Positions 20,900 through 33,658 are shown, counted from the first letter of the stretch. The stretch: DNA of 38,023 bases from Octopus bimaculoides (GCF_001194135.2 NC_068993.1:64981763-65019785); one strand, 5' to 3'. Program-made: numbers and translations. Notes: a model not told the origin generated them from the letters alone.

Positions 20900-21650
20900 A
20901 TACATAGTATCAAACTAGATTGTAACTAGGAACCTTTATTTCTGAGGTAGTAAAACTATCCTCCACTTGGCCTCTGATGAGTTTACAATTAATGCTACAT
21001 TTTAGCCATGTTGAGCTGATGTCAGTACTAAGCTCATTGATTGGATTTTCATCAAGCTCTATTTCTAGTTTGTTTTAGATTTTCGAAGCTTGTGTTGTGG
21101 TTTTCTCTGAAGTATGAAAATTTCATTTCATAGCAGTGTATGGTTTTCTCTCATTAAATTTCTTTTTATATTCCCCTAACCTATCCTTTAGGTGACTTTC
21201 CAGTTTTATCTTTTATAACACTGTCTGAATAGGCACTGAATATAATAGCTGCAGTTTTTAGGATGCAGCCATTCCTTTGTAATTTTAACTTTTGTAAAGA
21301 TATGTAAATTGTGTTGTAGTATTGATTGTGAACATATAGTTATGACATATAGGGCAGATTTTCTTTTTACTTTTCTCTGTCATTTGCATTAAAGTAATTG
21401 CATATTGGGATTGAATATGGTCTCCACATTGCACTTGAAAGTGACTCTGGACTGGGATTTTTGTTATTCAGGAATGTAGTTTTTAAGTTTTTCATTTCTT
21501 TGGCATAAACTAATACAAGGAGATAAAGTGAAGCTCCCATCTTTTCTTAATTTATCTGACTTTGAATAGTGTGCAGCAGACTTAAACTTGGAACTGCAAC
21601 TCTTTTTCTTCAAATGTGGCTACTGTACCTGAGATATTTGTTGTACCACC
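20900..21650 (-). mobile_element. Possible highly decayed Penelope-like endonuclease remnant
   Basis: Minus-strand peptides KICPICHN (CxxC) and LESHLKDRLGEYKK resemble the PLE linker and the T.R.L..R..EH helix. Weak match. Confidence 0.4.
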
Positions 21651-21780
21651 ACACTCTTATTGGTCACCTTCCTGTTGAAATAGACACTCCTCCATAGCTT
21701 ATATCCTCCCCCTCCCCCCACCGACCTTGTAATATTTCTGTTATTTCCTGCCTCTGCATCTTCTTTCCTTCAAACATTAT

Positions 21781-21930
21781 CATCATCTTCATTTAATGTC
21801 TATTTTTCATGCTGGCATGGGTTGGACAATTTGACAGGAGCTGGCAAGGCAGAAGACTGCACCAAGCTTCAGTGTCTGTTTTGGCAGGGTTTTTGTGGAT
21901 GCCCTTCCTAACACCAACCACCTGTAGAGT
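21781..21930 (-). mobile_element. Antisense RTE-tail / tail-sharing SINE fragment
   Basis: Reverse complement of the tail at 20040-20205. Similar antisense copies lie at ~23395-23560, ~25405-25570, ~32788-32875 and ~34084-34240. Confidence 0.75.
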
Positions 21931-22949
21931 TGACAATATGTGTGTGTGTGTGTGTGTGTAGCTAGATAGGTAGATAGACAGACATTCTTAACCACATTTA
22001 GGGAAGATTTGTTGGTTTTCTATTTCAATTCATCTGGCTGCTTCACTGACCTTCTGTTAATGTCAGGAGTTTCCATAAATCAGATTCTCATATTCATGTA
22101 AATGTAAAAAGAAACAAATTTGGTTTCTCCTGCTAGCTAAAGGAAATTTCTCATTTTTACCCAATTTAACCCCTGACCCTCTTTCTTGATCTCTGCTCCC
22201 TTCCTTTCACTTTGTTCACCTTCATGCCCATTCGTATTAATGTGTGTATCGACACATCTCCACCATATGTATAGATGCTTGTCTTTCTTACTAGAACAAT
22301 ATAGAAAGCAACCCATGCTAGCATGGAAAATGGATGTAAAATGATTGTGTTTATGTTGGTATTTAGACTCACAATACTTCTATAACTGCTGCATCTCTTG
22401 ACCCTACCTCACTCTCTACCATTGTTTTTAGTCTCTTGAACTCCTCATTATTCTGTTTCTAACACTTCGCTTTGTCATCTTCATCACTGACCTCCTCTTT
22501 ACCATTTTGGCATGGATATCTTTCTATATCATTACTTCATTCACTGTATCTATATTCTCAGTATTTCATTAAAACATTTAAAAAATGCTTTTCTTTTATA
22601 GATTAAAGGTTTGGCCCAAGACATCAACATTATTTTCCCTTCACCCAAACTTTACCAATGTATGAAATTCACTAAATATTTAATACATTCCACTTTAGTT
22701 TCTTCAGTTTCTGGCATTTTTACTATACATTATGTAATAGCATGCTCTCTGGTATGCTCTCCATTTGTGTATGCTCCTTCATGTCTACTATTATGTTGAT
22801 AAACATCTTGTTCATGTTCACTTGTAAATCTTCCTCAACATACAAAAACCTGAAACTAAAGGCTACCAACACTATAGATTCTTTGTGATTTATGATGAAA
22901 TTATTAACTTCAAGCTTTTGACTTTTCACCTCCTTTTGCAGTTGTTGTG

Positions 22950-23148
22950 ATGGATGAAAAATGGGTCTGTTACCGCTGTACTTACAAAAACTCTCCACTC
23001 AATCTACGATGTATGATGTGTGAAACTTTAAGAGAAACCAATCCCAACACTGGAAAATGGAAATGCTTGGCTTGTTCTTTCTCTGGAAACTCACTATGCT
23101 ATCAGTCATGTGATAATTGCGGAAAATTCCAAGATGACCTGTTAGCAT
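22950..23148 (+). CDS. CAPN15: SOL/calpain-15-type protease, coding exon 1 (zinc fingers 1-2)
   Basis: Acceptor ttttgcag ends at 22941 and ATG is at 22950. Encodes MDEKWVCYRCTYKNSPLNLRCMMC and WKCLACSFSGNSLCYQSCDNC. Donor T|GTAAGT at 23149, phase 1. Confidence 0.88.
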
Positions 23149-24592
23149 GTAAGTCCCTTTGCTTATTTCTTTGGGGGCTGAAATAGTAGAAATCCTGTTA
23201 GAGATGCTTTGGCATCCGATCCAGATTTAGACCTGATAAAACCTTTAAGCTTTGAGTTAGAAAGAGGGTTGAGAAGCTGTTCAGAGAAAAGAAGCTTTCA
23301 GTGGACACATATTGGTAAGGAATGATGTTAGGAGTGCAAGTTGTATGACAAGGGAAGTGGTTTCAATGAAAGGGGTTAGTAATTGCAGTGATTTTTACTG
23401 CTGGATGCTCTTCTTAACACTGACCACTCAGTAGAGTGGTCTAAGTGCTTTTTTACATGACACAAACATAGATGAGGTCAGTTTAGCCAAGGTTTTTTTA
23501 CAGTTGGATACCTTTCCAAATGCCAACCACTTTACACTGCTTTTTAAGTGGCACCTGTGCTGACAAGGTCACCAAGTACCTTGCAAAACAAACAAAATTC
23601 TTGAGGCGGGAGGGGCATTGGAGGAGGTGATCTTGTGTTAGATGATGAAAGGTTTGCATCATACACACACACAAGTAACATCACTATGCATTAATTCTAT
23701 TGCTTAGTGCTTTTGCATCATAACATGACCAGATTTGCAATATCTGTATTGAATTCACAAGAAATTTTTCTTGATGATATAAAAATCTTGAAGAAAATAT
23801 GTTCTTTTCTTAGTGAAAATTAACATTAAAATTTTATTTTATTTTTCATGATGATTATCTGACCTGTCCCCATCGATTTTTATATCAGAATAAAAAAAAC
23901 AAATCCTCTTCATGACAGTATGATTTTCAAGTCAAATCAAGTTATATCGCTCCAGTACAATGTACTATAATGAGTGCTACCATTCAGCAGTGGAAAACAA
24001 AATTAAGCCAAATATTGTGTGAATGGGTGGAAATATGAGGGTGAATGAAGGAACCCAGCATGACATGTAAGTGTTGGGTTTCGATCAAAAGCATGTGAGA
24101 AGGAACTTCACATCCAGAACTTTCAAATGATGTATAACTGTCCACAGAAAAAAATGTATTTTGACATGAATGTCATCAAGCAAAATGTGGAATTTTGTGC
24201 AGTCAGACTGTGCTTCTGTCCCCTTCTACAGAGCCCTACAGTAATACTTGCAATGAGCCACTGGGAGCCCCAGCTTAGGTTATTGTTGGCAGTAATGCCT
24301 ATATGTTTGATATTACATTATGTTTTGCTTGAAAGAAACGAAAGATGGTAATTATCAGATCATTTTTTATCATGTCTATTCAGTAGTCAGAGCTGACCTA
24401 GCCTTAAACAACAGTTAAGTCTGCTTGCTCTAAGTGGCAACTAACTGTTTACCCATGTGCAGCTTGCTTACAAACAATTTGTTACAAAACATTAAACATA
24501 TCAACCATTTTCAGTTGCTCTTTGTTATATTCTCCATTTGATGATGTGTAATTTTTATTTTTATTTTAACTCCTTTTCTTTACTCTTTTCAG

Positions 24593-25155
24593 CACGTAAA
24601 GACCTGGTACCAAATAACTTAAGTAAAGAAGGTTTTTGGCAATGCAACGCCTGTACCTATCATTTTAACAATTCCAACAGAAGCACATGCGCAATGTGTG
24701 GAACAATAAATAACCATGATGTAAATTCTGAAAAAACATGGACATGCTCTGCATGTACACTTATAAATCCAATTAGTGCCAAACAATGTGAAGTATGTGA
24801 TACACCAACTTCAGAGGAGAGCTCTTTAAGCAAATGGACATGTCCTGTTTGTACTTGTGATAATTTTAATACTCTTACATGTAGATTTTGCCATTCTGAA
24901 AAAGTGTTGTCTAATGTTGTGAAAATGGAATCGAAATGGCAGTGTAGTGAGTGTATGCATTTGAATAGTAATTCAAGGCTGGAATGTTTGTTATGTAAAT
25001 CTTTACATAACGACAGGAGCAAATTAGAAGCTGCTTCTTCTAATGTATCAAGTTCTGACAAAGAATTGAAGAGTTTGCAGACTACATGTATTATGAAATC
25101 CCAAGAAAAAGAAATTCTGAAAATTTGGAAAAACATATGTCTGTTTTGTGCTGAG
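24593..25155 (+). CDS. CAPN15: SOL/CAPN15 coding exon 2 (zinc fingers 3-6 and linker)
   Basis: ttttcag|CA CGT start is phase 1, matching exon 1. Four W-x-C-x2-C...C-x2-C fingers, then ILKIWKNICLFCAE|GTAAGC, phase 0. Confidence 0.92.
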
Positions 25156-26261
25156 GTAAGCAGTAGGAAGCCAAATTTGATTCGATTCATATATCATAAT
25201 TATTGTTGTCTAGTTAAGCATCTTCAACTGGTTTTAACTTAAGTAGACCTTGGAGTAGGAACTAAAAAAATTTCCTTAAAAATGTCTGCTGCAATCCTAT
25301 CTGTGCAAAGATATAAATCTTAAAAATAACATTGTCAATTTTGTGTAGCCCAGATTCAACTCTGATCAAGCTTATCTATGGTATGCAAATAATCTGCCAA
25401 ACTATCATTATTTAATGTCCATATTTCTTGCTAGCATGGGTTGGAAAGTTTGACTGGATCTAACAGGCCTGAGGACTGCATTACACTGCAATGTCGATAT
25501 TGGCATGCTTTCTATGGTTAAATTTTCTTCCTAATGCTTACCATTTTACAGAGTGTACTGGGCCTTTTTTCATGTCACTGGCACATGTGAGGTCACCTCA
25601 CGGCTTACTAGACTTAGATCCCTAGGAGGGTGGCTTTATGCTAGGAGATTAGTGGTTAAAGTATGAGGAAAGGGCCAGAACAGAAAAGGTTCCTTATTGT
25701 AGAGGAGCTATGTAGCTAGTGATATAAAAACGAGGGTGGAACTGAAATGAGATAAAAAATAGTGGGTGGATCCTTGATGTAGGCAAGAAGCAACAGGAGA
25801 ACAGGGTGTGGGTAAATGAATGGTCATTACTTATTTCAGGATGTTATTTATTTTATTGATCTTAGTTTGGGACTTTTGTCATCAAGCCACTAAGCTATGA
25901 TTTTGACATAACGAGATGTGATTCTACAATGTTTTACACCGGTAAAAAATGAACTCAGATGCAGACATATGCATAATGTTAATTGCACAGCAAGACAACC
26001 CCATAGATTTTAACCATCACTGCATGAGGAAAGTTCACAAATAAGTAAAGTTAGGGGAAGTCTAAATGCCTTGCAGTATTTAATTACTTGTGAATTCAAA
26101 TTCTACAGAAGGTCAAAATAGAATAAGTAGCAGTCAAGAAACGAGATCAGCTAAATTGACTACACTCCTCCAGTTCAAATTTATACCTTTCTGTCAGTAA
26201 TGCTAATTCTTATTTCATATTTTGCTGTTAAACTTATATTTTTCTTCCTCTTTACCAACAG

Positions 26262-26449
26262 CAAAATATTTGTTTTGTTGATGATTCCTTTCTACCATGT
26301 CCGAAATCCATATCCTGGTTACCCCAGTATCCTCATATTGTTGAATATGTACAATGGCTGCGACCATCTTCAATATCTTCACGAAGTTGGACTGTCTATG
26401 AAAATCCAAGACCTGATGATATTGTCCAAGGAAAAGTTGGTGACTGCTG
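26262..26449 (+). CDS. CAPN15: SOL/CAPN15 coding exon 3 (calpain catalytic domain start, catalytic Cys)
   Basis: caacag|QNICFVDDSFLPCPKSI...QWLRPS...WTVYENPRPDDIVQGKVGDC-W(TG|gtaaac). Cys codon at 26445-26447. This frame is missing from the ORF track. Confidence 0.93.
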
Positions 26450-28561
26450 GTAAACAAGAATTCTATTCTGTTCTTTCATTTTACCGTTTACTGGATTGTG
26501 ATGATTGGCAGTTTGCTACACTCAATAAAACCTATCCAATGAGGTCCTAAAAGCGTTTAGTTTATGTCTATATCTCTGTACCCAATCTATCCTCTCAAAT
26601 CATATTCATAACGCACATCCCTTTATCAGTCTTCTAACTGTGGTACTATTTACTCGGTGGCTGTAATTATATGAGAGTAGAACTGTGCATATTATCCTTC
26701 TTGGATTCACTTCTTCATATTACCCATCTTGCATTTTTAAGATCATCTCTTACCACTTTATTTTTCAATGAACACACCTTTGCCCTGAACAGCTTCTCTT
26801 ATTTGCCATTGATGTCCCCCTGCCTTTGTTTGTCATTCTCTGTATCTATTCCTACATACCTTTTACCATCTCTTTGTCATATGCATCTCTATCTTTCCCT
26901 CCCCACACAGTTCACATTATTTTCAGGTTTTTCATCCAACTACAGTTTTATTACGCTGCTTTCCATTCCATTCCTCTTTTTGTACTGGCTATTTATCGCC
27001 TCCTCCTTGACCCACAATTATTTCCTCCACTTCTCTCTCACTAAAACTGATATTCACCATTGACTATGCCTTCAACCGTGTTCACTATTTACTGCATTCA
27101 CCTTTTAACCATGAATCACTCTCCTTTCACTCTTGCATGAACTTACATGGTCACCCTTCCCAATCCTGTGCACCGTTTTTCTCTTTATCAACCTTCTTCT
27201 TTGAGAGTATGTTCTGATACTTTGTCATCTCCATGTTTATCTCTTTTCCAGCAAGTTGTTGGTTATGTTTCTCTATCATACTTTAGTCTCTCAACACATG
27301 GTACAAACCAGCTATATCTCCCTTTCTCTACTACTCCACCACTCATTTGAGTGGGGGTTGTATTGCAAGGTACTTGATGCCACAGAAAACCACTCAGTAC
27401 AATTTGTGAAGTGATTTTCATTCAGAAGGCTATTCAACCATAGAAACAATGCTAAAACAGACATTGGATACTTGATGTATTCCGCAGGTGGATCAGATCC
27501 TTTTAAAGTTGTAAAAAATTTATATTAGCAATAGAGGCAGTATTTTAATAGTGAAAAGTAATCTTTATCCCCAGTTAAATGTGGATGTTCTGTTAGAGCA
27601 AACTATACTGCGCTAGATACCATGAGAGAAACTCTCATATTGGCTTTTGCTGCAAAATGCACTCTTGTTTATATTGCTAGCAGGGGAGATAAATCTTCCA
27701 GATTGAGACCACCAGACCACATGATTTTGACCTTCTTTGGTCTTGTCAAAGATGAATGCTTGACCGCTAGAGTTAGCTGTCCAACCTATGCCAACATGGA
27801 AGATGGACATTAAATGATGATGTTAGACTTCCTCGTATATATATATATATATATACATACAAACATACATATAGTTTCTTGGCAGCGTAATGTCAAATTT
27901 GATAGTGTCAAAGAAAATATCACATCTCACGTATTTTGTTTTTTTACATTCTGAATTCAAATCCTGCCAGAGTTGATTCAAATCCCAGAGTCAATTTCAT
28001 AAACTACCTGTCTAGATCAGGAGATTAAACGATAAATGCCTTTTATTTTTAAATACTCATGCAGGTTAAAATGTGTAGTGAGTGACATGACAGTGACTTA
28101 AGGAAAAAAAAAAAAAAAGGCCAGAGTAAAGTAATTTGTGTTCTCCCACAAAAATTCTAGGACATATATAGCATTGTTCAAAGAAGATATTGCGAGAATA
28201 ACTTTAATTACCTGGACTGATTAACCTTATGTGTAAGAAAAATTTAGAAATGAGCAAATCAACTAAGTAGCAAATGAAGTGTCGTAGTTTCTAGTTTGGG
28301 TTTTTACTTGCTGAGTTCAAATTCCACTGATGTCAACTTTGCTTTTCAACCTTCCAGGTGCTAGTTTAGGAAAGTGGGCTGGTGAACATGTTAGAGCATC
28401 AAATGAAGTGCCTTTCTGAATTTGTTCTGGCTCTTTTGGTTCTGAGTTCAAATCCCAGTGTGGTCTACTTGAGTGGTAAGCTTCATCTGTTGCCTAGCTT
28501 AACACCACCATCTGATTCTTGGATGCTTTTAGTGGAGTCCAATTGGTTGCAAGCAATCTGG

Positions 28562-28656
28562 CCAGATCTCTAGCTTCCACCCAGATCTCTAGCTTCCACC
28601 CAGATCTCTAGCTTCCACCCAGATCTCTAGCTTCCACCCAGATCTCTAGCTTCCAC
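28562..28656 (+). repeat. Minisatellite, 5 perfect copies of the 19-mer CCAGATCTCTAGCTTCCAC
   Basis: Units start at 28562, 28581, 28600, 28619 and 28638 with no mismatches. Confidence 0.98.
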
Positions 28657-28824
28657 CCACCAGAGCTTGAGTCCTTGTAGAGAATCATAGGCATCACCCC
28701 TGACCAAACTATAAACAAATGAAGATTGTTTGTTACTTTGATGATGCAAGAAAAGAAAGTACTTTTGTTTCACATTTATTCATTTGTAACATTGTTGTCA
28801 ATGTTCTTTTTTTTTTTTTTTAAG

Positions 28825-29005
28825 GTTGATGTCAGCATTGGCAGTTATTGCTGAACGCAGAGAATTAATTGAAAATCTGATTCCTAGTAAATATAGTAAA
28901 TGTGGTGTATATCATGTTCGTCTCTATCGTGATGGTCAGTGGAAGATGGTTATAGTTGACGATTTACTTCCTTGCGACAGGAATGGGAAACTTATCTTTT
29001 CTAAG
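28825..29005 (+). CDS. CAPN15: SOL/CAPN15 coding exon 4
   Basis: (T)n-aag|G completes the Trp codon, then LMSALAVIAERRELIE...GVYHVRLYRDGQWKMVIVDDLLPCDRNGKLIFSK|GTAGGT, phase 0. Confidence 0.94.
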
Positions 29006-31067
29006 GTAGGTTTCTGGGTCGGTGGTTTTTTTCCTTATATTATGTTACAAATCTGTTTCTGTTACTTTTAAGATTGTCTAGGACTTCATTGTGTAATATG
29101 CATCTTTTTTAAAAGCATGGCAGGGTATAATTTGAGACATAGTTGCTGTTTCTAGCAGATTGGGTGACCATGTAGGGATGCCCTTATTGGTTTAACTTTT
29201 TTAGTGGCTCTACTGATGCTTTTTGTTGTTCAACTCCAAGTCAGCCCTGACTGACCAGATCTGTATTCAAAAGAGTTCCAGTTATGACGAACTGGTCTCC
29301 CTCCACATACATTGCTTATGTTGAACAGCATTTTCAAATGTGTCCATCTTGTTTTAGGATAGTAGATTCTTAAAAGACAGGGTTCACCAGTGTTTATAGA
29401 AAATTGAAAACTAATGACCTAGAAGTTCTGATGTTGGTTTGTGTTGATGTCTCTGGTTGTTGATTGTACTAATGTATTGAATTTTTTTCTTTGCTGAGGT
29501 TAAGATTGGTCAATCTACCTTCAATTCAATCATGGAACTATGTCCAGAAATATCACTATTACAAGAATAGCAATCTTGTGTATAGTTTGGTAGTTGTTTC
29601 CAGACCATTGGTTCACCAAAGCTCATGCACTTTCTTTTACTTTGTTCATTGTCTCAGATTTTCAAGGCAAGTTTGGTAGACTAGACAAAAGGGTTTGTCT
29701 TAGTTCCTTAATTTCATTTTAAAATAATTGAAATATATTCTAACAAAATCTGTAACAAGATGTTGCTTTGCTGATGCAAAAGATCCATAAGTATAACAAA
29801 AATTATTCATTTTCTACATTAGTACTAGCCAGATTGGAATTCAAGTTTAACTTAGTGAAGACAAATAATCTGGAAATATAGTATAAAACTTAGTTTTCAT
29901 TGAGCTTGAGAAGCTGAAGATACAACCAGTTAATGCTGAAATAGGGAATCACATGCTTACTAGCATCACTATTGTATTGAAACCATCTTGGGAAAACTAG
30001 GATACACTTCAGACTGTTTTCCTATAATCTTTTATAATTTTCGAGGTATTATTTATAAGAGGTTAATCTTACAACCTTTCTCAGTTAATAACTGTTAGTT
30101 AATACTTTCTTTACCTTAAGTACCTATATTATATACTTTCTCTGTTTTAAAAAGTTAATCTGGAAATTGCTTCTTTGCACTGTGCTGTGTTTTATTATAG
30201 TGTAGGTAGCTATCTTTATTATTATCATTAATAGTTTTGCTCTGATTATTTCTCTATATAATATAGCAATTAAATGGTTGTAGAATTTAAGCTTTCTTGG
30301 GAATTAACTTGACTTTCCCCTTCAAAAATTTTTTGATAATCTTCCTATTTTAAATGAATAGAATTAATACATCAATAATTCTCCTGTGGTGCTTAGTGGC
30401 AAGTTAGAAAAATGTGTCTGGAATCAGCAGTTCTTAAATTAACTCAACACCAGCTTCACTTTCAAAACAGCAAAGTCATTGCAGACCAGTGTTGTACTTG
30501 TCAAAAATTTTGATTTGGACACAGACACCTTATCCAGTGCTGTTATTTTGCAGATGTGGTTAAGATGTTAACCAAACTATCAACAAAATTAAAGAATACT
30601 TTTTACTGAACTGTATCCAAGTACAAGCTTGGCTGTGTGGTTCAGAAGTTTACTTTGCATTTAGTTTCCAGATTCAATCTCACTGCCCAGCACATCTGCA
30701 AAGAGTCTTCTACCATAGTCTAAGGTTGATCCAAACTTTGTGAATAAGATTGTGTGAAAAGCCAACACATGTACTGTACACATTGTTGGATGGTGAGCTT
30801 AATCCATTATCTCCATTAACATTACTAATTGGACCTCAGCAGCCTTTTAATAGAGGCTACCATGTTGCAAATTTTCAGAGCAGGTCTCTTGACTGAGAAT
30901 ATCATTCTTTTCTTCCAAAAGTCTGTTGCCTGCAAAGCTTACATTCTTGGGTTGTGTATTTGTAGGTTACATTGAGTTTATGTCTTAATTGTTGGACAGC
31001 CATGATTAACAGATTAGACGGCAAGCAGAATAAAGTTTGAATAAAAGCCTTCTTTGAATTGGTTTAT

Positions 31068-31205
31068 TTAACCATGTCTGAATTTTTCACATCACATTCT
31101 GCAAGTTTTCTTATTCACAGCATCTTGACCAGAAGCCTTTTGAACATTTTTCACTGCTTTGTTTATGCTTGAATCTTGATAAAGAAGGACAAGATGTTGA
31201 ATATT
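31068..31205 (-). mobile_element. Mariner transposase N-terminal HTH remnant
   Basis: NIQHLVLLYQ...AVKNVQKASGQDAVNKKTCRM*CEKFRHG fits the mariner pattern A..NI...YG..A.N..TC.RWF.KF..G, with the conserved Trp changed to TGA. Confidence 0.6.
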
Positions 31206-33109
31206 CTCTTTACTTGATTCTACATTCAGTTTTTCATATAGAAAATTAGGGCACTAAATATATTTGTTACTATATGAGAATTCTTCATGAAATGGTTAAA
31301 TATTTACATACCAGTGAGTATCACTAATCTTTATATCATGACCCCCCCCCTCTCCTCCACAAAGGAAGACGTGTAACAAATTTCACAAGTTCATACTTGT
31401 AATTAGACAGAGCCTAATACCTTTAGTTCTATGTTGCAAAGTGAAAAATAATAAATAAAAAAAAAAGATAAATTTGTGATTGCCATAAATGTAAAGAGTT
31501 GTTTTGCAAATAATTTTTTGTGTTTTATTTAAATTGATTTGCTAGAATTTTGTTTGAGTTAAATCTAGAATTCAGATTAGCCACACCATTACTCTAGTGT
31601 TTCTATTAAAAATATTTCCAATGATTTAATGTCTCAATTCTGAAGTATTTTGACTCAGTCTAAACCAAAAGTAGTGTTTTTTCCCTTATAATTACTCTTG
31701 ACATTGCTTTTGTTGATTGGTTATGTTGGTGGTTGGTATTGTAGTAGTGACAAGCAAACTTAAGATCAATGACATTACATAAAGCTGTGTTCATTCCATT
31801 CATTTTGCTAGGTACAGTGCACTGAGAAGCACATTAACTAATATGTTTTATCCAAGACGTGAGCCTGTGATTAGAAGGAATTTGGCTGCTATTTGTAGCA
31901 GGTTGAACAATCATGTAAAGGTTCTCTCATTGTATTGTCTTGATAGTGTTACTGATACTGCTAGTTTTTCTAATGAAGAAGACAGCAATGGTTGTCATAT
32001 TGGTGCTGATGGTAATGATGCTAATGCTGCTGAAAATCAGTAATGTCAATGGAAGTGGTCCTGCTACTCTACCGAAGTTATAGATGAGACCTATAACTCT
32101 TTTGTTTATTGAAGTGCAATGTGAGTGTTAAACTAGATATAATATATTTGCAGGTATATTAGCTTGATAAAGCCAATGTTGCTCTGAGTTGTGCTTACTG
32201 GAAATTTCATAGATTAGAATAGCTGCATCACTCATGTTATGAAAGCATTGTATTCTTGAAAATCTTGCTATACAGAAAAGATTTTCCCATTAATTTCCAT
32301 GTTTCATGAAAATTAATGGCAAATAGGATTCATGTTATGGAACTCCATGACAAGATTTTCTGGAATGTGATGTGATGTTGGTTATTTTTCCATGAAGAGT
32401 GAAAAATTCACCATTTCAGGCTTTGTCTTTCTTTAGGGATCATACAATTGGCATACATATATTATTTTGTCTTTTCAAACAATAAATGCCTGAAACATTA
32501 GCCTTTCCACCCATTATGGTCAGCTAACAATTGTACTTTATGTTTATCTACAAACTATTTTGGATAAATTTTTGGTGACTCAGTTCACCATTAGATTCTT
32601 TGGATTTAGGATCTTACTAAAGGAACTGAACTCAACACTGCTAGCTAATGAAAGACAGTTGTTACAATATTGCAGCTTTTTGTAGTAGTCAGTTATTCTT
32701 ATCCTTTGGTACCACTGTACATCTATAGCGACTGGGCGATCTAAGAATTGTCTTGGTCATAGCTTTAACACCATGCCAGTTCATTATCATCATCGTTTAA
32801 CGTCTGCTTTCCATGCTGGCATGGGTTGGACGATTTGACTGAGGACTGGTGAGCCGGATGGCTACAACAGGCTCTCCCTAAGCTACATATTGGAATCAGT
32901 CATTTGTGCTGTCATGCTAAATATTCTTAATCTAATCCTTCTTCCTCAAGTCTGCTTTTTCCCTAAGTCTTGATTCCTACCCACATTTTCTCTATAAAAA
33001 TTATGATCATTGTAATTTGTTTTGGTTAAAAATGTTACAATCATATATGAAAATGATAAACAGTCCCAAAACTAAAATTTATATTTCTATATTGATTCTT
33101 TAATTACAG

Positions 33110-33257
33110 GCTGATCGAAATCAGCTATGGGTGCCATTAATTGAAAAAGCCATGGCTAAATTATGTGGTTGTTATGAAGCTTTGGCTGGTGGTACCTGCC
33201 ATGAAGCCCTACAATCTCTCACTGGAGCTCCTTGTCTGAAGATTGACTTAGAATCTG
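33110..33257 (+). CDS. CAPN15: SOL/CAPN15 coding exon 5
   Basis: ttacag|ADRNQLWVPLIEKAMAKLCGCYEALAGGTCHEALQSLTGAPCLKIDLES-G|GTTAGT, phase 1. Contains the calpain LW..L.EKA.AKL.G.Y.AL..G and LTGAPC motifs. Missing from the ORF track. Confidence 0.94.
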
Positions 33258-33615
33258 GTTAGTTTCTTTAAATGTTCTTTTCTCTTTCAAACACAAGATG
33301 AGTTATAGATTTATGTACATTTGTAACTTAATTGTTCCTGTATGTTTAGCATTTATTGATCATCTATTATTTGTCCATTTATCTTATATTCAAAATTGCT
33401 ACCAGCATAGGTCAAGGTGAATGTGTTATTGGGATATTGTTTTACAACTTTTGATGATTTTTCTGTTACAAACCCTTACAAGTTTCTCAAGAAAAAGATT
33501 TTATTGCACATGCCTTTAGAGGCATAAAGCCAGTGGATGATTTACTGAAAGTGAAAATGACATTTATTATCAATGCTTGTAGCTGAGGCATTTTCAGAGA
33601 AATGCAAATGTAAAG

Positions 33616-33658
<43 letters not shown>

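Noticed and set aside
20965-21040. CTGATGAG as a possible hammerhead core
   Set aside because: No stem II or GAAA follows, and it is on the opposite strand to the nearby PLE-like peptides. CTGATGA hits at ~4937, ~17284 and ~26412 lie in coding sequence.
25156-25242. ORF-track read-through beyond SOL exon 2 (and similarly beyond exons 1 and 4)
   Set aside because: Canonical GT donors in the correct phase come before these tails, which are intronic.
31843-32043. 66-aa acidic ORF as a possible alternative SOL exon
   Set aside because: It consists of a repeat fragment plus a decayed (GAT/GCT)n microsatellite, and exons 4 and 5 already join in frame without it.
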